From Candidatus Bathyarchaeota archaeon (GTDB taxonomy: Archaea; Thermoproteota; Bathyarchaeia; Bathyarchaeales; Bathycorpusculaceae): a stretch of 64,000 nucleotides of DNA. The stretch covers positions 32,001 through 96,000 of the forward strand of contig CAWAKC010000005.1 of the NCBI GenBank assembly GCA_963782525.1, read 5' to 3'. The first letter of the stretch is position 1; each line of letters begins with the position of its first letter. The position numbers were made by a program, and so were the translations under genes. Shown here one piece after another: positions 28,692-38,649 of the stretch. The notes beneath the pieces were generated by a model that did no database searches, was not told the origin of the DNA, and saw only the letters and a list, made by a program, of their open reading frames with translations.

Positions 28692-29882
28692 ATGGGGAAA
28701 TTCCATTTAGCCGTCTTTAACACGCAACCGCCTTACCTGTACTTTGGGGGAGTTGAACGGCGCATAATGGAAACGACAAAGCGGCTGCAAACCGAAGCAG
28801 ATATAACAGTTTACAGTGGAACCAAAGCAGGCTTCAAAGAACCCACAGCCATAGATGGCGTAAACTTTGTTCCCTGCTACTCAACAGACAGGCTCTTTCC
28901 ATTGGATAATTGGTTTTTTAATCGAAGCCTTACCAGAAAAGCAAGCGAGGTCTACGCCGAAGTCTACGAAGCCCATGCGGTAAGCGGGTATGGTTTTCCA
29001 AAAGCGCTCAAAAAACGCGGAATACAAAAACCTTTCATACACACCATACACGGCGTCTTAGCCGATGAGTATGAGCAAGCAAAGAAAAGCGGATATGAAT
29101 CGTTTAGGGGCAGAATAGCAAATAGTTTCATGTATAGACTTGCCAAATTGGAAAAGCAAATGGCCCATGACGCAACATTAATTGTGACGATAAGCAACTA
29201 TTCGGTCGAAAAAATCCAAAGACATTACGGTATCGAGCCACAAAAAATAAGGATTGTTCCAAACGGCGTGGATGTAGAAAAATTCAAACCAATCCAGAAC
29301 TCCAATGAACTCAGGCACCAATTCGGATTGGGCAACGGTCCCGTTGTGCTTTTTGTAGGCAGTTTGATTCCCCGAAAAGGGTTACCTTATCTGGTTGAAG
29401 CAGCCAAAAAAATAGTCAAAGAACAACCAGACATCACTTTTTTGATTGTTGGGGAAGGACCACTAAAACAACAAACAACTGCCTCCATAGAAGCTGCAAA
29501 TCTTTCAGTCAACTTCAAATTTTTGGGCACTCTCAAAGACGAGACCCTTAATGCAGTCTATAATTGTACTGACATGTTTGTTTTACCGTCCATTCAAGAG
29601 GGACAAGGCATTGTACTGCTTGAAGCGCAAGCGTCAGGTAAGCCGATTGTGGCTTTTGACATCGGCGGAGCAAACGAAGCAGTTCGCAACAATGAAACAG
29701 GCTTGCTGGTTAAGCGGGGCAACACGGATGAACTGGCGGATGCCTTACTTCGATTTCTTTCTGATGACGCTTTGAGGGAGAAAATGGGAGCTAATGGCCG
29801 CAAGTTTGTTAGTGAAAACTTTACTTGGGATATATGCGCTCAAAAAATGCTTAAAGTCTATCATGAAGCGTTAGGCAACTGA
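28692..29882 (+). CDS. GT4-family glycosyltransferase
   Basis: GGVE, PNGVD, VGSLIPRKG, EGQGIVLLEAQASGKP. Confidence 0.9.
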   Translation: MGKFHLAVFNTQPPYLYFGGVERRIMETTKRLQTEADITVYSGTKAGFKEPTAIDGVNFVPCYSTDRLFPLDNWFFNRSLTRKASEVYAEVYEAHAVSGYGFPKALKKRGIQKPFIHTIHGVLADEYEQAKKSGYESFRGRIANSFMYRLAKLEKQMAHDATLIVTISNYSVEKIQRHYGIEPQKIRIVPNGVDVEKFKPIQNSNELRHQFGLGNGPVVLFVGSLIPRKGLPYLVEAAKKIVKEQPDITFLIVGEGPLKQQTTASIEAANLSVNFKFLGTLKDETLNAVYNCTDMFVLPSIQEGQGIVLLEAQASGKPIVAFDIGGANEAVRNNETGLLVKRGNTDELADALLRFLSDDALREKMGANGRKFVSENFTWDICAQKMLKVYHEALGN

Positions 29883-30398
29883 GACGTTAACTGACTTGGC
29901 CAACCGCTTAAAGTCATCTTCGCCCATCCACTCTGTCCAAAGGTAACAGCGAATTCGCTCCTCACTTAAACCCAGTCGCCTAGCTTCTTTAATGCAGTAA
30001 CGGTATGCTTCAATCTCTGTGGGGCGGTCAACATAGTCGTAACGGGGGTCGAAGAGTTCTTTCCCTTCCATGAACTGTTTAACATGGCAAAGCTCGTGGA
30101 TAATGTCCAGGTAAATGTCGGTTTTGTCGCCGTTGTTGAGGTAGCCTTTACTTATCACAAGGTGCCCATCTGAGCCGTCAACGTACATGTAACCCATAAC
30201 CCAGCTAATCTCCACAGTAAGATTACTCAGAATTTCAGCGGTCTTTTCACCAAAAATACCTTTTACAGCATCAACTTTTTCGAAGCCTTTGAAAAACTCG
30301 GTGAAAATAACCTTCTTGTTTCCAACACCAAGAATGTTGACTGGGAGTTTCCTAAATAAACGCAAGATTCTAAACAGGGTGAATTCTATAGCCGTCAA
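29871..30398 (-). CDS. Putative zincin-like metalloprotein (HExxH)
   Basis: DIIHELCHVKQ followed by PTEIEAY (third-ligand-like E). Confidence 0.7.
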   Translation of the reverse strand: MTAIEFTLFRILRLFRKLPVNILGVGNKKVIFTEFFKGFEKVDAVKGIFGEKTAEILSNLTVEISWVMGYMYVDGSDGHLVISKGYLNNGDKTDIYLDIIHELCHVKQFMEGKELFDPRYDYVDRPTEIEAYRYCIKEARRLGLSEERIRCYLWTEWMGEDDFKRLAKSVNVSVA

Positions 30399-30413
30399 AT
30401 CGCAAGCCTGCTA

Positions 30414-31775
30414 TTACTTGAAAGTTGGAAGGTACTCAAGCCTCATACCTCGATGTGCCAAGTCAGGTAGGTCTTCTACGCTGCCGATGCTAGCGTCGAT
30501 GTTGCGGTGGATTGGGTGGCTCCATATACCTTCGGGCGCCAGGTTAAACTGCAGGGGGACATCCACTTTTATGTTGTATTTTTCGCTTAAATTCTTAATT
30601 AATCTTCCCTCTTTGCAGGCTATTCGGCCAGAACGGTAGCTCTGGAGCAGTTGTGGTGCCGCGAAAGCTCCTATTCCATGCCAAAGCGTTGCGTCTTCGG
30701 GGGACCCAATCGAGTACAAGAAAAATTGGGGTGAAGATGGCGTTTCTGCGTAACTGTAGTCGGAGAGTTTCTCGCCGGGAACAGTAAAGTCATCTTCGCA
30801 TACCGCGACTGCTATGTCTTCAGGGTCCATGGCGTTGGGGTAGAGTGGCGTGGTCTTGTATTTGACGACGGCGTCGAGTAGTTTGCCGTCTTCAAAGTGC
30901 AGTTTACCTCGCGCGGCACGTTTAGAGCCAAAGCCCTTTTTGGAATGGGGTATCGTCAAGAGTGTTGTGCGGTTTTTCATACTGCGTCCCATGCAGGTGT
31001 ACGCCTCTTCGACAGATGCATAGTCGCGGTTGCTCTCTTGAATAATGTAATGTAGCAAGTCATCTTTATTCTCGGTTTTCAAAGTTGAAAGCGGCATACG
31101 CAGCGTATATAGCGAAAGATCCATCCCAAAGAACGCCGACAACTCCACCAACTGCACATACTTGATGGAATCGACCAAATCAAGGTATGAACCATTGTTG
31201 GTTTGCAAGCTTTCTGTAATAAGTTCGGTTTCTTTTTTAGAAATCATACTGCCATCGTATTTTTTGCAGTACGCGTCATCGATTTTAAGCCCCTCGGTTT
31301 TGACGTTGGCTGCTGGAAAAGCGCTTTGCCCACTGTCAACAATGGACTGTTTTAGGGGGTTCATAGAGTAGCGGTCTGCTTCAACATCGTCGGTGTTTAG
31401 AAGAAAGGGAACGATGTAACCTTGCGTGGGTTTCTTAAGTAACTCTGCCAGTGTAGCAACATCGCCGTCGTCTGGCTGGCGTAAGCCATGTTCGTAGAAG
31501 TAGTTAGCGCAGGTTTCAAGCAGTCGTGTGCCGAGGATGCCTTGGATTTCTTCAACGGTTAATTGCGGATTAGTGTATTCAACTGAGCCGCGGAGGTAAA
31601 ATCGTTCATCTATGAAGGGGAATGATACTTTTTTGCCGTTTACATAACGGAACAGGGCAACCTTGCGATTGCTGTTTTGACCCTTCGAAGCCGTGGCTCC
31701 TTCAACTAGGACCTTCACGGTTGAAAAAGAGGTCTTTAAAAAATCCACGAGCAAAAGTCTGCAATAATCTTCCAT
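30414..31775 (-). CDS. Uncharacterised 453-aa soluble protein
   Basis: Long ORF tightly spaced within an operon; no family recognised. Confidence 0.8.
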   Translation of the reverse strand: MEDYCRLLLVDFLKTSFSTVKVLVEGATASKGQNSNRKVALFRYVNGKKVSFPFIDERFYLRGSVEYTNPQLTVEEIQGILGTRLLETCANYFYEHGLRQPDDGDVATLAELLKKPTQGYIVPFLLNTDDVEADRYSMNPLKQSIVDSGQSAFPAANVKTEGLKIDDAYCKKYDGSMISKKETELITESLQTNNGSYLDLVDSIKYVQLVELSAFFGMDLSLYTLRMPLSTLKTENKDDLLHYIIQESNRDYASVEEAYTCMGRSMKNRTTLLTIPHSKKGFGSKRAARGKLHFEDGKLLDAVVKYKTTPLYPNAMDPEDIAVAVCEDDFTVPGEKLSDYSYAETPSSPQFFLYSIGSPEDATLWHGIGAFAAPQLLQSYRSGRIACKEGRLIKNLSEKYNIKVDVPLQFNLAPEGIWSHPIHRNIDASIGSVEDLPDLAHRGMRLEYLPTFK

Positions 31776-31778
31776 AAA

Positions 31779-32618
31779 CTATCCTCTTTCTAGAGATTCA
31801 GCCAAGTATATACAATTTCTTGCAGTACTTGGACCAAAATACATTCTTACTACAGAGAAATCCTCTTTAAACCCCGCCTTAAGGAGCGTTGCAATTAGCG
31901 TGGTTTCTTTTTTCGGCAGCGCTGCGAAGGCTGTCTTGCCTGATAATTCCCCAAGAACACATTTAAGCAATTTGACCGCTTCGTCACCATTGGTTTCTTT
32001 GCACATTAGGGGTCCAACCCACGCCATTGTTTCGTAGACTGTTGCCGCCACGTAACCAACAAACTCATTGCCTCTGGATATGTAGTAGGCTAAGTTGCTT
32101 TCTTCAAGGATGATGGATTCAAGTAGTTTTGTCCGGTCGCCGCCAAAACATTCCCTATCAAACTTAACTGTGGCTTGAAAGAGGTTTTTCTCAATTTTCT
32201 GCAGCTTTTCTTCAAGTAAAGGCTTGACATTTTTGGCTTGGAAGACAGCTACTTCCTCATCCGCTTTAAATCCCAAATCTCCATAATATTTTTGCAGGTT
32301 TGGGTACGCATAGAGCCCAATCGTTTCAACACCTTTACCCCGCAAATAGTCGATTGCATGCTTTACCAGCAAGCTTCCTACCCCTCTATGTCGGGCTTCT
32401 TTTTTCACAATAAGGTTGCCAAACCACCCTACTTTACCATAGCTTATGCAGGTAGCAATACCCAGCGGCTTTGAGTCGTCAAAAAGAATCAAACAACCTT
32501 CTGGTTCAAGCATTGCGTTGAACTGGAAATCTTCAGCTGCCATGTTCCAATCCATTGTGTTGGCTAATTCAGTCGCAAACAAGAAATCTTTAGGTTGCAT
32601 CGGTTTTACTTTGAACAT
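31779..32618 (-). CDS. Tandem-GNAT acetyltransferase
   Basis: GNLIV..EARHRGVG motif A; second domain FGGDR...VGPL. Confidence 0.85.
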   Translation of the reverse strand: MFKVKPMQPKDFLFATELANTMDWNMAAEDFQFNAMLEPEGCLILFDDSKPLGIATCISYGKVGWFGNLIVKKEARHRGVGSLLVKHAIDYLRGKGVETIGLYAYPNLQKYYGDLGFKADEEVAVFQAKNVKPLLEEKLQKIEKNLFQATVKFDRECFGGDRTKLLESIILEESNLAYYISRGNEFVGYVAATVYETMAWVGPLMCKETNGDEAVKLLKCVLGELSGKTAFAALPKKETTLIATLLKAGFKEDFSVVRMYFGPSTARNCIYLAESLERG

Positions 32619-32692
32619 TACTGAATTTAGAGTATGCGCTGCAATTAAGCTTGTACTTTGAAAATATTTTTGGTGGAAACAAAAAAGTGAGT

Positions 32693-33223
32693 TTATTGGC
32701 CAGTAGACATGGCCGCTGATAGTGCCTCGGAGCTTTTCTGTAGTTCTTTTGTTATGCTTGAGAGCAGTTTGATGCGGTTTTCGAGTTTGTGTTTTTGCTG
32801 GCTGGTTAAGTTTTTAAATTTTGGGACGACATCGCTGACGACTGCCATCATGAGGTCTCGGTTTTTTTCTTCACTTAAATCTTCCAGTTCAACATGGTCA
32901 TCTTCAAACTGCAGAACCAAGTGCCCTGTTGGGTCGATGTGGGCTTGTACGACGTCGCCGACTTGGGCAGGGAGTGCCAGATGGTTTACGGCGATGGATG
33001 GGGCTAAAGGCTGCATAAGCTTAAACAATGAGATGAAGAATTGTGAAACGAGGATTTTTTCTTCGGAGCTAAGTTCGCTGATTTGTCCGATGTCGTCTGC
33101 TGTGCTTTTGAGGGATTCTACGAGTTCTTGGATGGAAACCTGCTTTTTTCTTTCTGCCTGTTTTAGTGTTTGTGAAGCAGAGAGTTCTGAGGTTTCAGGT
33201 TTGATTACGGCTTCTTGAGTCAA
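32693..33223 (-). CDS. Hypothetical coiled-coil protein
   Basis: 176 aa; helical N- and C-termini around a short beta insert. Confidence 0.65.
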   Translation of the reverse strand: MTQEAVIKPETSELSASQTLKQAERKKQVSIQELVESLKSTADDIGQISELSSEEKILVSQFFISLFKLMQPLAPSIAVNHLALPAQVGDVVQAHIDPTGHLVLQFEDDHVELEDLSEEKNRDLMMAVVSDVVPKFKNLTSQQKHKLENRIKLLSSITKELQKSSEALSAAMSTGQ

Positions 33224-33893
33224 TTTGCATCAAGGGGTAATGGGGTCTTAGTTGAAAAAATGCTTGTGTGTCTCAAAAATCATGCACAAAACTCAGCTTC
33301 CAGCAATTCTGTTCCGCCAACAGTTGATACTGCTTTGCGTGATTGTTTAAAAAAATGATTCCGCTTATCAACTGTTTACACCCGATTTAACTCTTTAGTT
33401 TAGAAGATGTTTATTGTTGATGGAAAAGGTTCGCATGGAAAGGCTGAAATGAATGCATCGGTGAGCTTACCCCCCACTAAGCCCGGCTTCAACAGCTAAT
33501 TTGCCGCTGAATCCAACACTCTTCTTTTGCTCACAACTGCTTCCACTCTGCCATATCCATTTGAACCTCTTCCATCGATTGTGGATATGTGTGTATTTCT
33601 TTTATTCTTGTTATATTAAATCGTACGATAACAATATAAAAGCATTGTGAACACGTGTTAAGTAGTGCTGTACACTATTTTGAAGCGTTAAAAACGCAGA
33701 TTTTTACTCATTTGATTAACACATCGACAAGTTTTCAATCATGTGTTATTTTTGCAGTTATTTGTGTAACGTTATTGTTTGGTTTTGGGTTTATTTTATG
33801 TTGAAGTTAATGTGGATTTTGTATATGGAGTAGTACTCAATAATACTTATTTATTCAGTCCAAGCACTTAAACGCCTAAGAGGAGGCGCCAAA

Positions 33894-34919
33894 ATGAGCT
33901 ACGGACACCAAGGTCTAAAAGAAAAAGAAGCCGCCAGCAGAATCCAAGAGGTATCCTCGCTCAAACAAGACAAATTCAAAGTCACCGTCTCCCTCGACAA
34001 AGAACGCCCCATGTCCACCTCACCCCTCTACAACAAATACAACATACAACGCTTCGACCTTCACCCAAACTTCAACTTCGGTCACCTAGACAGCATGATA
34101 CCCAAGGGCACACCCGAATACCTCGACCACGGATTAAACTATGTCGAACGCATCGTCCGAGCGCTTTATTATTTTAAACAGTGCAGTTTGATTGGTCCTT
34201 CGGGCACGGGTAAAACCCACATCGTCTACCTCGTCGCCGAATTAACCGGGTTGCCAATTTGGGAAGTCAACTGCGGATTATCCACCTCGTCCTTCGACTT
34301 AATCGGTCGATTCATCGGCTTAGGCAAAGAAAACTGGGTCGACGGCTTGTTAACGCAGTGGCTACGCAAAGGCGGCATAATGTACCTTGACGAAGCCAAC
34401 ATGATGAAACAAGACGTTGCCACACGACTCAACCCCGTCCTCGACACAAGAGGACACCTTGTCCTAAACGAAAAAGACAGCGAAGTCATAGAACGCCACA
34501 AATACGGGTACATGATAATCAGCATGAACCCCGCCACCGCCGAATTCTCAGGCACCAAACCCCTCAACGCAGCCATGAGACGACGCATGGCCGTCTGGAT
34601 CAACTTTGACTTCCTCAGTGTAGGCGAAAAAATCTCACCCGACGAAGTAGAAATGCTCCGAAAAAGAACAAAAATCGACCAAGATACCGCTTATAAGATT
34701 ATTCAGGCAGGCGCCGAGTTGCGAAGACAATACAAAGCCGGCGACTTGCCTTATGGTCCTTCGTTAGGAGACCTCATCAACTGGGCAACATTGGTTAAAG
34801 ATGGAAACACACCGATGGATGCCGCCGAAGAAACCCTTATCGGATTAACCAGCGACAACATCGAAGTCCAATCAGATGTACGGAGAATTCTCGAAGCTGT
34901 CTTCAACAAATCGCAATAA
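33894..34919 (+). CDS. MoxR-family AAA+ ATPase (CbbQ/NirQ/NorQ-like)
   Basis: GPSGTGKT, DLIG, WVDGLL, YLDEAN, SMNP, AMRRR; AGGAGG Shine-Dalgarno. Confidence 0.9.
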   Translation: MSYGHQGLKEKEAASRIQEVSSLKQDKFKVTVSLDKERPMSTSPLYNKYNIQRFDLHPNFNFGHLDSMIPKGTPEYLDHGLNYVERIVRALYYFKQCSLIGPSGTGKTHIVYLVAELTGLPIWEVNCGLSTSSFDLIGRFIGLGKENWVDGLLTQWLRKGGIMYLDEANMMKQDVATRLNPVLDTRGHLVLNEKDSEVIERHKYGYMIISMNPATAEFSGTKPLNAAMRRRMAVWINFDFLSVGEKISPDEVEMLRKRTKIDQDTAYKIIQAGAELRRQYKAGDLPYGPSLGDLINWATLVKDGNTPMDAAEETLIGLTSDNIEVQSDVRRILEAVFNKSQ

Positions 34920-34933
34920 GGGAGCAAATTGCT

Positions 34934-36646
34934 TTGGGGTTTATTGATTATGCTTGGGCGGTTTCTCTACAGAAAGATGAAACCAAAGTCAAGATACTCC
35001 AAGATCCTGCCTTAACGCAGCCTCTATTGCAGCAAGACAACTTTGGATTCACAATCAGGTTTCCAACCGTTCGCATGCTGGAAAACGGCGGTATTTCTTT
35101 TCTCGGCCACAAATTCCCCGGAAATGCCACAGGAAAAGCAAAGATTGGACGATTGTTTAGAGCTTCTGTTATGCACCTGACAACTCACACGTTGGCGCCG
35201 TTTTCAAAAGAAAAAATCGTTCCCCACGAAAAAGACTCAATCGTGGAAGCCTATGCCAAAGCATTAATCAATGATACCTATGTTAACGCGTACATCCAAA
35301 ACTGGTACCCTGATAGGATAGTTGACCTAGCCTACGCAAACGCTTTAGCTTACCAAAAAATAAAGTCCTCCAATAGAATTTTTACAACTTCCACAAAACT
35401 CATGGCCGCACTATTGACCAAACTTAACGTTGGATTAATTAAGAATTCTCCAGGCTTAAATGAAGAACAAACTGTTGACTTGTTGTATAACGATCTGAAG
35501 ACACTCAAAGAAACTTTCATAGTTGCTATGCCTGATGAAAAAAGCAATTTTGACGGATTATTCGATGAAAAATTAAACTTTATAACCGATTTACTTGAGC
35601 CGTATGGGCCATTTTTGGAAGCACCTTCTTTTAGGCATACTGAGAGCATTGGGCGTTGCAGCGTTTACAGTGAAGTTGAAACATCAGGCGAGGGATTTGA
35701 AGGTTTGTTTAGGCAATCGATGAATTCTTTAAGCGGCACGTATCCAACAGAAAACATGGAAGAGTGTTGGCGACCTGAACAAGAAGCAGAAGCGCAACAA
35801 GCATTCAACTCTGATCAATACCAAAAACAAAGAGAAGAAAAAATAATCACAAAAATAACGCCATATATCGCCTTAACCAGCTTCAAATCAGTTTCAATTC
35901 CAGAAGAAGATTATACACAATATCTTAGGGCAAGGAATTTGGCGCAGGGCGCAAGCCGCCGTCTACTCGATATTTTGCGGTCAGCATTCAACTATCTTGA
36001 TGAAGATCCCCGCCAAGAGATGGGACAACTGGATTTGTCTGCTGTCATCCAATCTTTAGCCAGCAATAAACCTGCAACAGACGTGTTTGTCCTTGATGAG
36101 TACCTTAAGCCAAGTTTTGCTTGGTCAATAATTTTTGATGTTAGCAGTAGCATGCAGGTGAAAGGTGAGTATGGCAGAGCGTTGGCGATTGCGGTGGCGG
36201 AGGCAGCAAAAGAGTTGATGACAGATCCAACCTCTTGGACGTTTTTTGCTTTCAGCGACAGATTCTATGTATTAAAGGATAGCAATGAATCCTATTCGAA
36301 GAGGGTTAGGGCAAGGATTGGAGGATTAAAATTTGATGGACTCACCTACATCCCAGACGCTATTACGATGGCTGGTAAAATGCTGGCTAAACGATTCGAG
36401 GAACAACGCTGTTTAATCGTTATTTCGGATGGTTGGCCATACGGTTATCCTGACATGCCTGAAGCGTTGAAGAAGGTTGTGGAAGATTTGATAAGAAAAA
36501 ACGTTCTGGTTCTCGGCGTCGGCGTCGAAACAGACAGGATGAATAAATTCTTCCATTTGCATGCTTCAGTTTTCTCTCAGAAAGATTTGATTAAAAAATT
36601 CGGCAACGTGTACTCTGAGGCTTCAGCAAAAGCGCTGGAAACATAA
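34934..36646 (+). CDS. VWA-domain partner of the MoxR ATPase (CbbO/NorD-like)
   Basis: C-terminal MIDAS DVSSS...T...ISDG; G.LD motif before the VWA domain. Confidence 0.85.
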   Translation: MGFIDYAWAVSLQKDETKVKILQDPALTQPLLQQDNFGFTIRFPTVRMLENGGISFLGHKFPGNATGKAKIGRLFRASVMHLTTHTLAPFSKEKIVPHEKDSIVEAYAKALINDTYVNAYIQNWYPDRIVDLAYANALAYQKIKSSNRIFTTSTKLMAALLTKLNVGLIKNSPGLNEEQTVDLLYNDLKTLKETFIVAMPDEKSNFDGLFDEKLNFITDLLEPYGPFLEAPSFRHTESIGRCSVYSEVETSGEGFEGLFRQSMNSLSGTYPTENMEECWRPEQEAEAQQAFNSDQYQKQREEKIITKITPYIALTSFKSVSIPEEDYTQYLRARNLAQGASRRLLDILRSAFNYLDEDPRQEMGQLDLSAVIQSLASNKPATDVFVLDEYLKPSFAWSIIFDVSSSMQVKGEYGRALAIAVAEAAKELMTDPTSWTFFAFSDRFYVLKDSNESYSKRVRARIGGLKFDGLTYIPDAITMAGKMLAKRFEEQRCLIVISDGWPYGYPDMPEALKKVVEDLIRKNVLVLGVGVETDRMNKFFHLHASVFSQKDLIKKFGNVYSEASAKALET

Positions 36647-36743
36647 TTACAGTAAATCTCGAGAGCACAAATAGCGACCTGCTCCGTATTAGGGTTCTGC
36701 AATGAATTATTTTTAGGATCCAAATATGCTGTTCTGGACTCGT

Positions 36744-37292
36744 TTAAATTGTATTCAGAGCTTTTCTAATTAATTGGTCAGCAAGTTTTTCCCTATTAGA
36801 GAAAGTTACGTTAAATATCTCTGCGTCAACTCTCCGCTTCACCTGTGTTACTATCGGGTCTTTGGCTTTTCCATGCACAACCGCCACTACCAGCTTTTTG
36901 CTCTCCAACGCCTTTGCTACGGCTTGCTTGAATTTTTGCGAGTAAAGTTCCATAGGGCCAATTTCGTCGATGGCGATGACGCCGCATTTTTCAACGGCTT
37001 GCGTGATGGCTGCGGTCCCGAAGTAATCGAGGTCGTTGAGGTTAACATGGTACTTTCCTACCTGTGGACCAAGCCCATTTACGTGAGCCAGCCACCCATG
37101 TTTGCTGTTGGTTAAATCCACAATTTCAAAGCCCACCCGTACCTTGTTTTCGCGTACTTCGCGGCTAATCATGCCACCGACACTCGCACCCTTCGCTTTT
37201 AAGGCATCCACCGTTTTAGTAAGCACCGTGGTTTTTCCAACTCCCGGTGCTCCCGTTAAAATTAAAACCCTCGTCGTTGCCATCTTTTTCAT
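36744..37292 (-). CDS. THEP1-like nucleoside triphosphatase
   Basis: LTGAPGVGKTT, EVRE...RVGF, VGKY, IDEIGPME. Confidence 0.92.
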   Translation of the reverse strand: MKKMATTRVLILTGAPGVGKTTVLTKTVDALKAKGASVGGMISREVRENKVRVGFEIVDLTNSKHGWLAHVNGLGPQVGKYHVNLNDLDYFGTAAITQAVEKCGVIAIDEIGPMELYSQKFKQAVAKALESKKLVVAVVHGKAKDPIVTQVKRRVDAEIFNVTFSNREKLADQLIRKALNTI

Positions 37293-37359
37293 CAACCATA
37301 CCATAAGTCTATTATGCCGATTAAATTCTTTTCATACAAATACCTCTGGAGCAGACCCA

Positions 37360-38580
37360 ATGGCAGATAAAGAAGGCTACGTTGCTGATTTTCCGAGCGA
37401 AATAATCAAGGAAGGCAAAGTCCAGGTCTTAGTTCCAAAACTGGCGGCGTACGGCGTAGTGCCATCGGATTATGCGCCTTCTAAAGCTCCAGTCTTCTAC
37501 AACCCCGTCATGGAGTTCAACCGTGACCTGACCGTTTTAGCGTTCAAAGCATACCAGCACACAGTAAGCCATGAAATTAGCATCTGCGAACCCTTTACAA
37601 GCCAAGGCATTCGCGGAATCCGTTTTGCAGCTGAAGTTGAGGGAGTAACGCGGGTGTTGCTAAGCGACATCAACGCTTCCGCCTTCGAGTTGGCAAAACA
37701 CAACATTCAATTAAACAATGTTCAAAACAAAATCACAATTGAAAACAAAGATGCCAACTGCGTCTTAAGCTGCAATGCCTCACCCAAAAAACGCTTCGAC
37801 ATAGTAGACATCGACCCCTTCGGCACCCCCGTGCCCTACTTGGATTCAGCCGTTCGCGCATTAAAGAACAAGGGATTGATGTCGGCTACTGCCACAGATT
37901 TAGCGCCACTCTGCGGGGTTCATGCGAAGGCATGTGTGCGAAAATACGGGGGTAGGCCGTTGCGAACGGAGTATTGTCATGAGTTGGCAGTTAGGCTTTT
38001 AGCTGGCTACATGGGCTCAACAGCAGCGAAACAAGATATCGGAGTTCGCATTCTCTTTAGCCACAGCAGCAACCACTACATCCGCGTCTACGCTCAGATC
38101 GGCTATGGCTGCCAAAAAGCTGACGAAAGCCTCAAACAAATCGGCTACATCCTGCATTGCTTTAATTGTATGCATCGCGAAGCAGCAATCAAGATTTTTG
38201 GAAAGAGTGATGAATGCCCTGAGTGCGGCAGCAAAATGGATTATTCAGGACCCTTGTGGATAGGAGCTATTTCTGACCTATCTTTCATTGAACAAATCCA
38301 AAAGGAAAACCAGAATACAGCATTCAAAAACAGCGCAAAAATAACCAAAATCCTGAACCTAACAAAAAACGAAGCCATCGCACCCGCTACCTATTACGTG
38401 ATTGACAAATTAAGCGGGAAACTCAACTTGCCCGCGCCTTCCAACGAAAGCTTCTTATCGGCTCTCCAACGCAACGGTTTCCAAGCCGTGCCCGTCCATT
38501 TTAACCCTCGCGGCATAAAAACTGATGCCCCAGCATTAACCATGCACAAACTGCTCAGAGAAATTCTGGCAACCAGATAG
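37360..38580 (+). CDS. trm1: tRNA (guanine-26-N2)-dimethyltransferase
   Basis: VFYNPVMEFNRD, GIRGIR, DIDPFGTP, TATD, CxxC...CPEC, GPLWIG. Start moved to ATG 37360. Confidence 0.93.
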   Translation: MADKEGYVADFPSEIIKEGKVQVLVPKLAAYGVVPSDYAPSKAPVFYNPVMEFNRDLTVLAFKAYQHTVSHEISICEPFTSQGIRGIRFAAEVEGVTRVLLSDINASAFELAKHNIQLNNVQNKITIENKDANCVLSCNASPKKRFDIVDIDPFGTPVPYLDSAVRALKNKGLMSATATDLAPLCGVHAKACVRKYGGRPLRTEYCHELAVRLLAGYMGSTAAKQDIGVRILFSHSSNHYIRVYAQIGYGCQKADESLKQIGYILHCFNCMHREAAIKIFGKSDECPECGSKMDYSGPLWIGAISDLSFIEQIQKENQNTAFKNSAKITKILNLTKNEAIAPATYYVIDKLSGKLNLPAPSNESFLSALQRNGFQAVPVHFNPRGIKTDAPALTMHKLLREILATR

Positions 38581-38649
38581 AATAGGGCTTTTTTGGCGAC
38601 AAAAGTTTTAAAGGCAAAACCAATGTTTCTATCAGGTAAGTGAGCACCC

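Noticed and set aside
32709-33218. 169-aa plus-strand ORF, and similar antisense ORFs such as 853-1584, 4434-4841 and 54934-55374
   Set aside because: Shadow frames of better-supported genes on the opposite strand, with Ser-rich non-protein-like composition.
37102-37359. N-terminal extension of Trm1 in the ORF track
   Set aside because: It is the antisense of the NTPase gene; Trm1-like sequence starts at ATG 37360.
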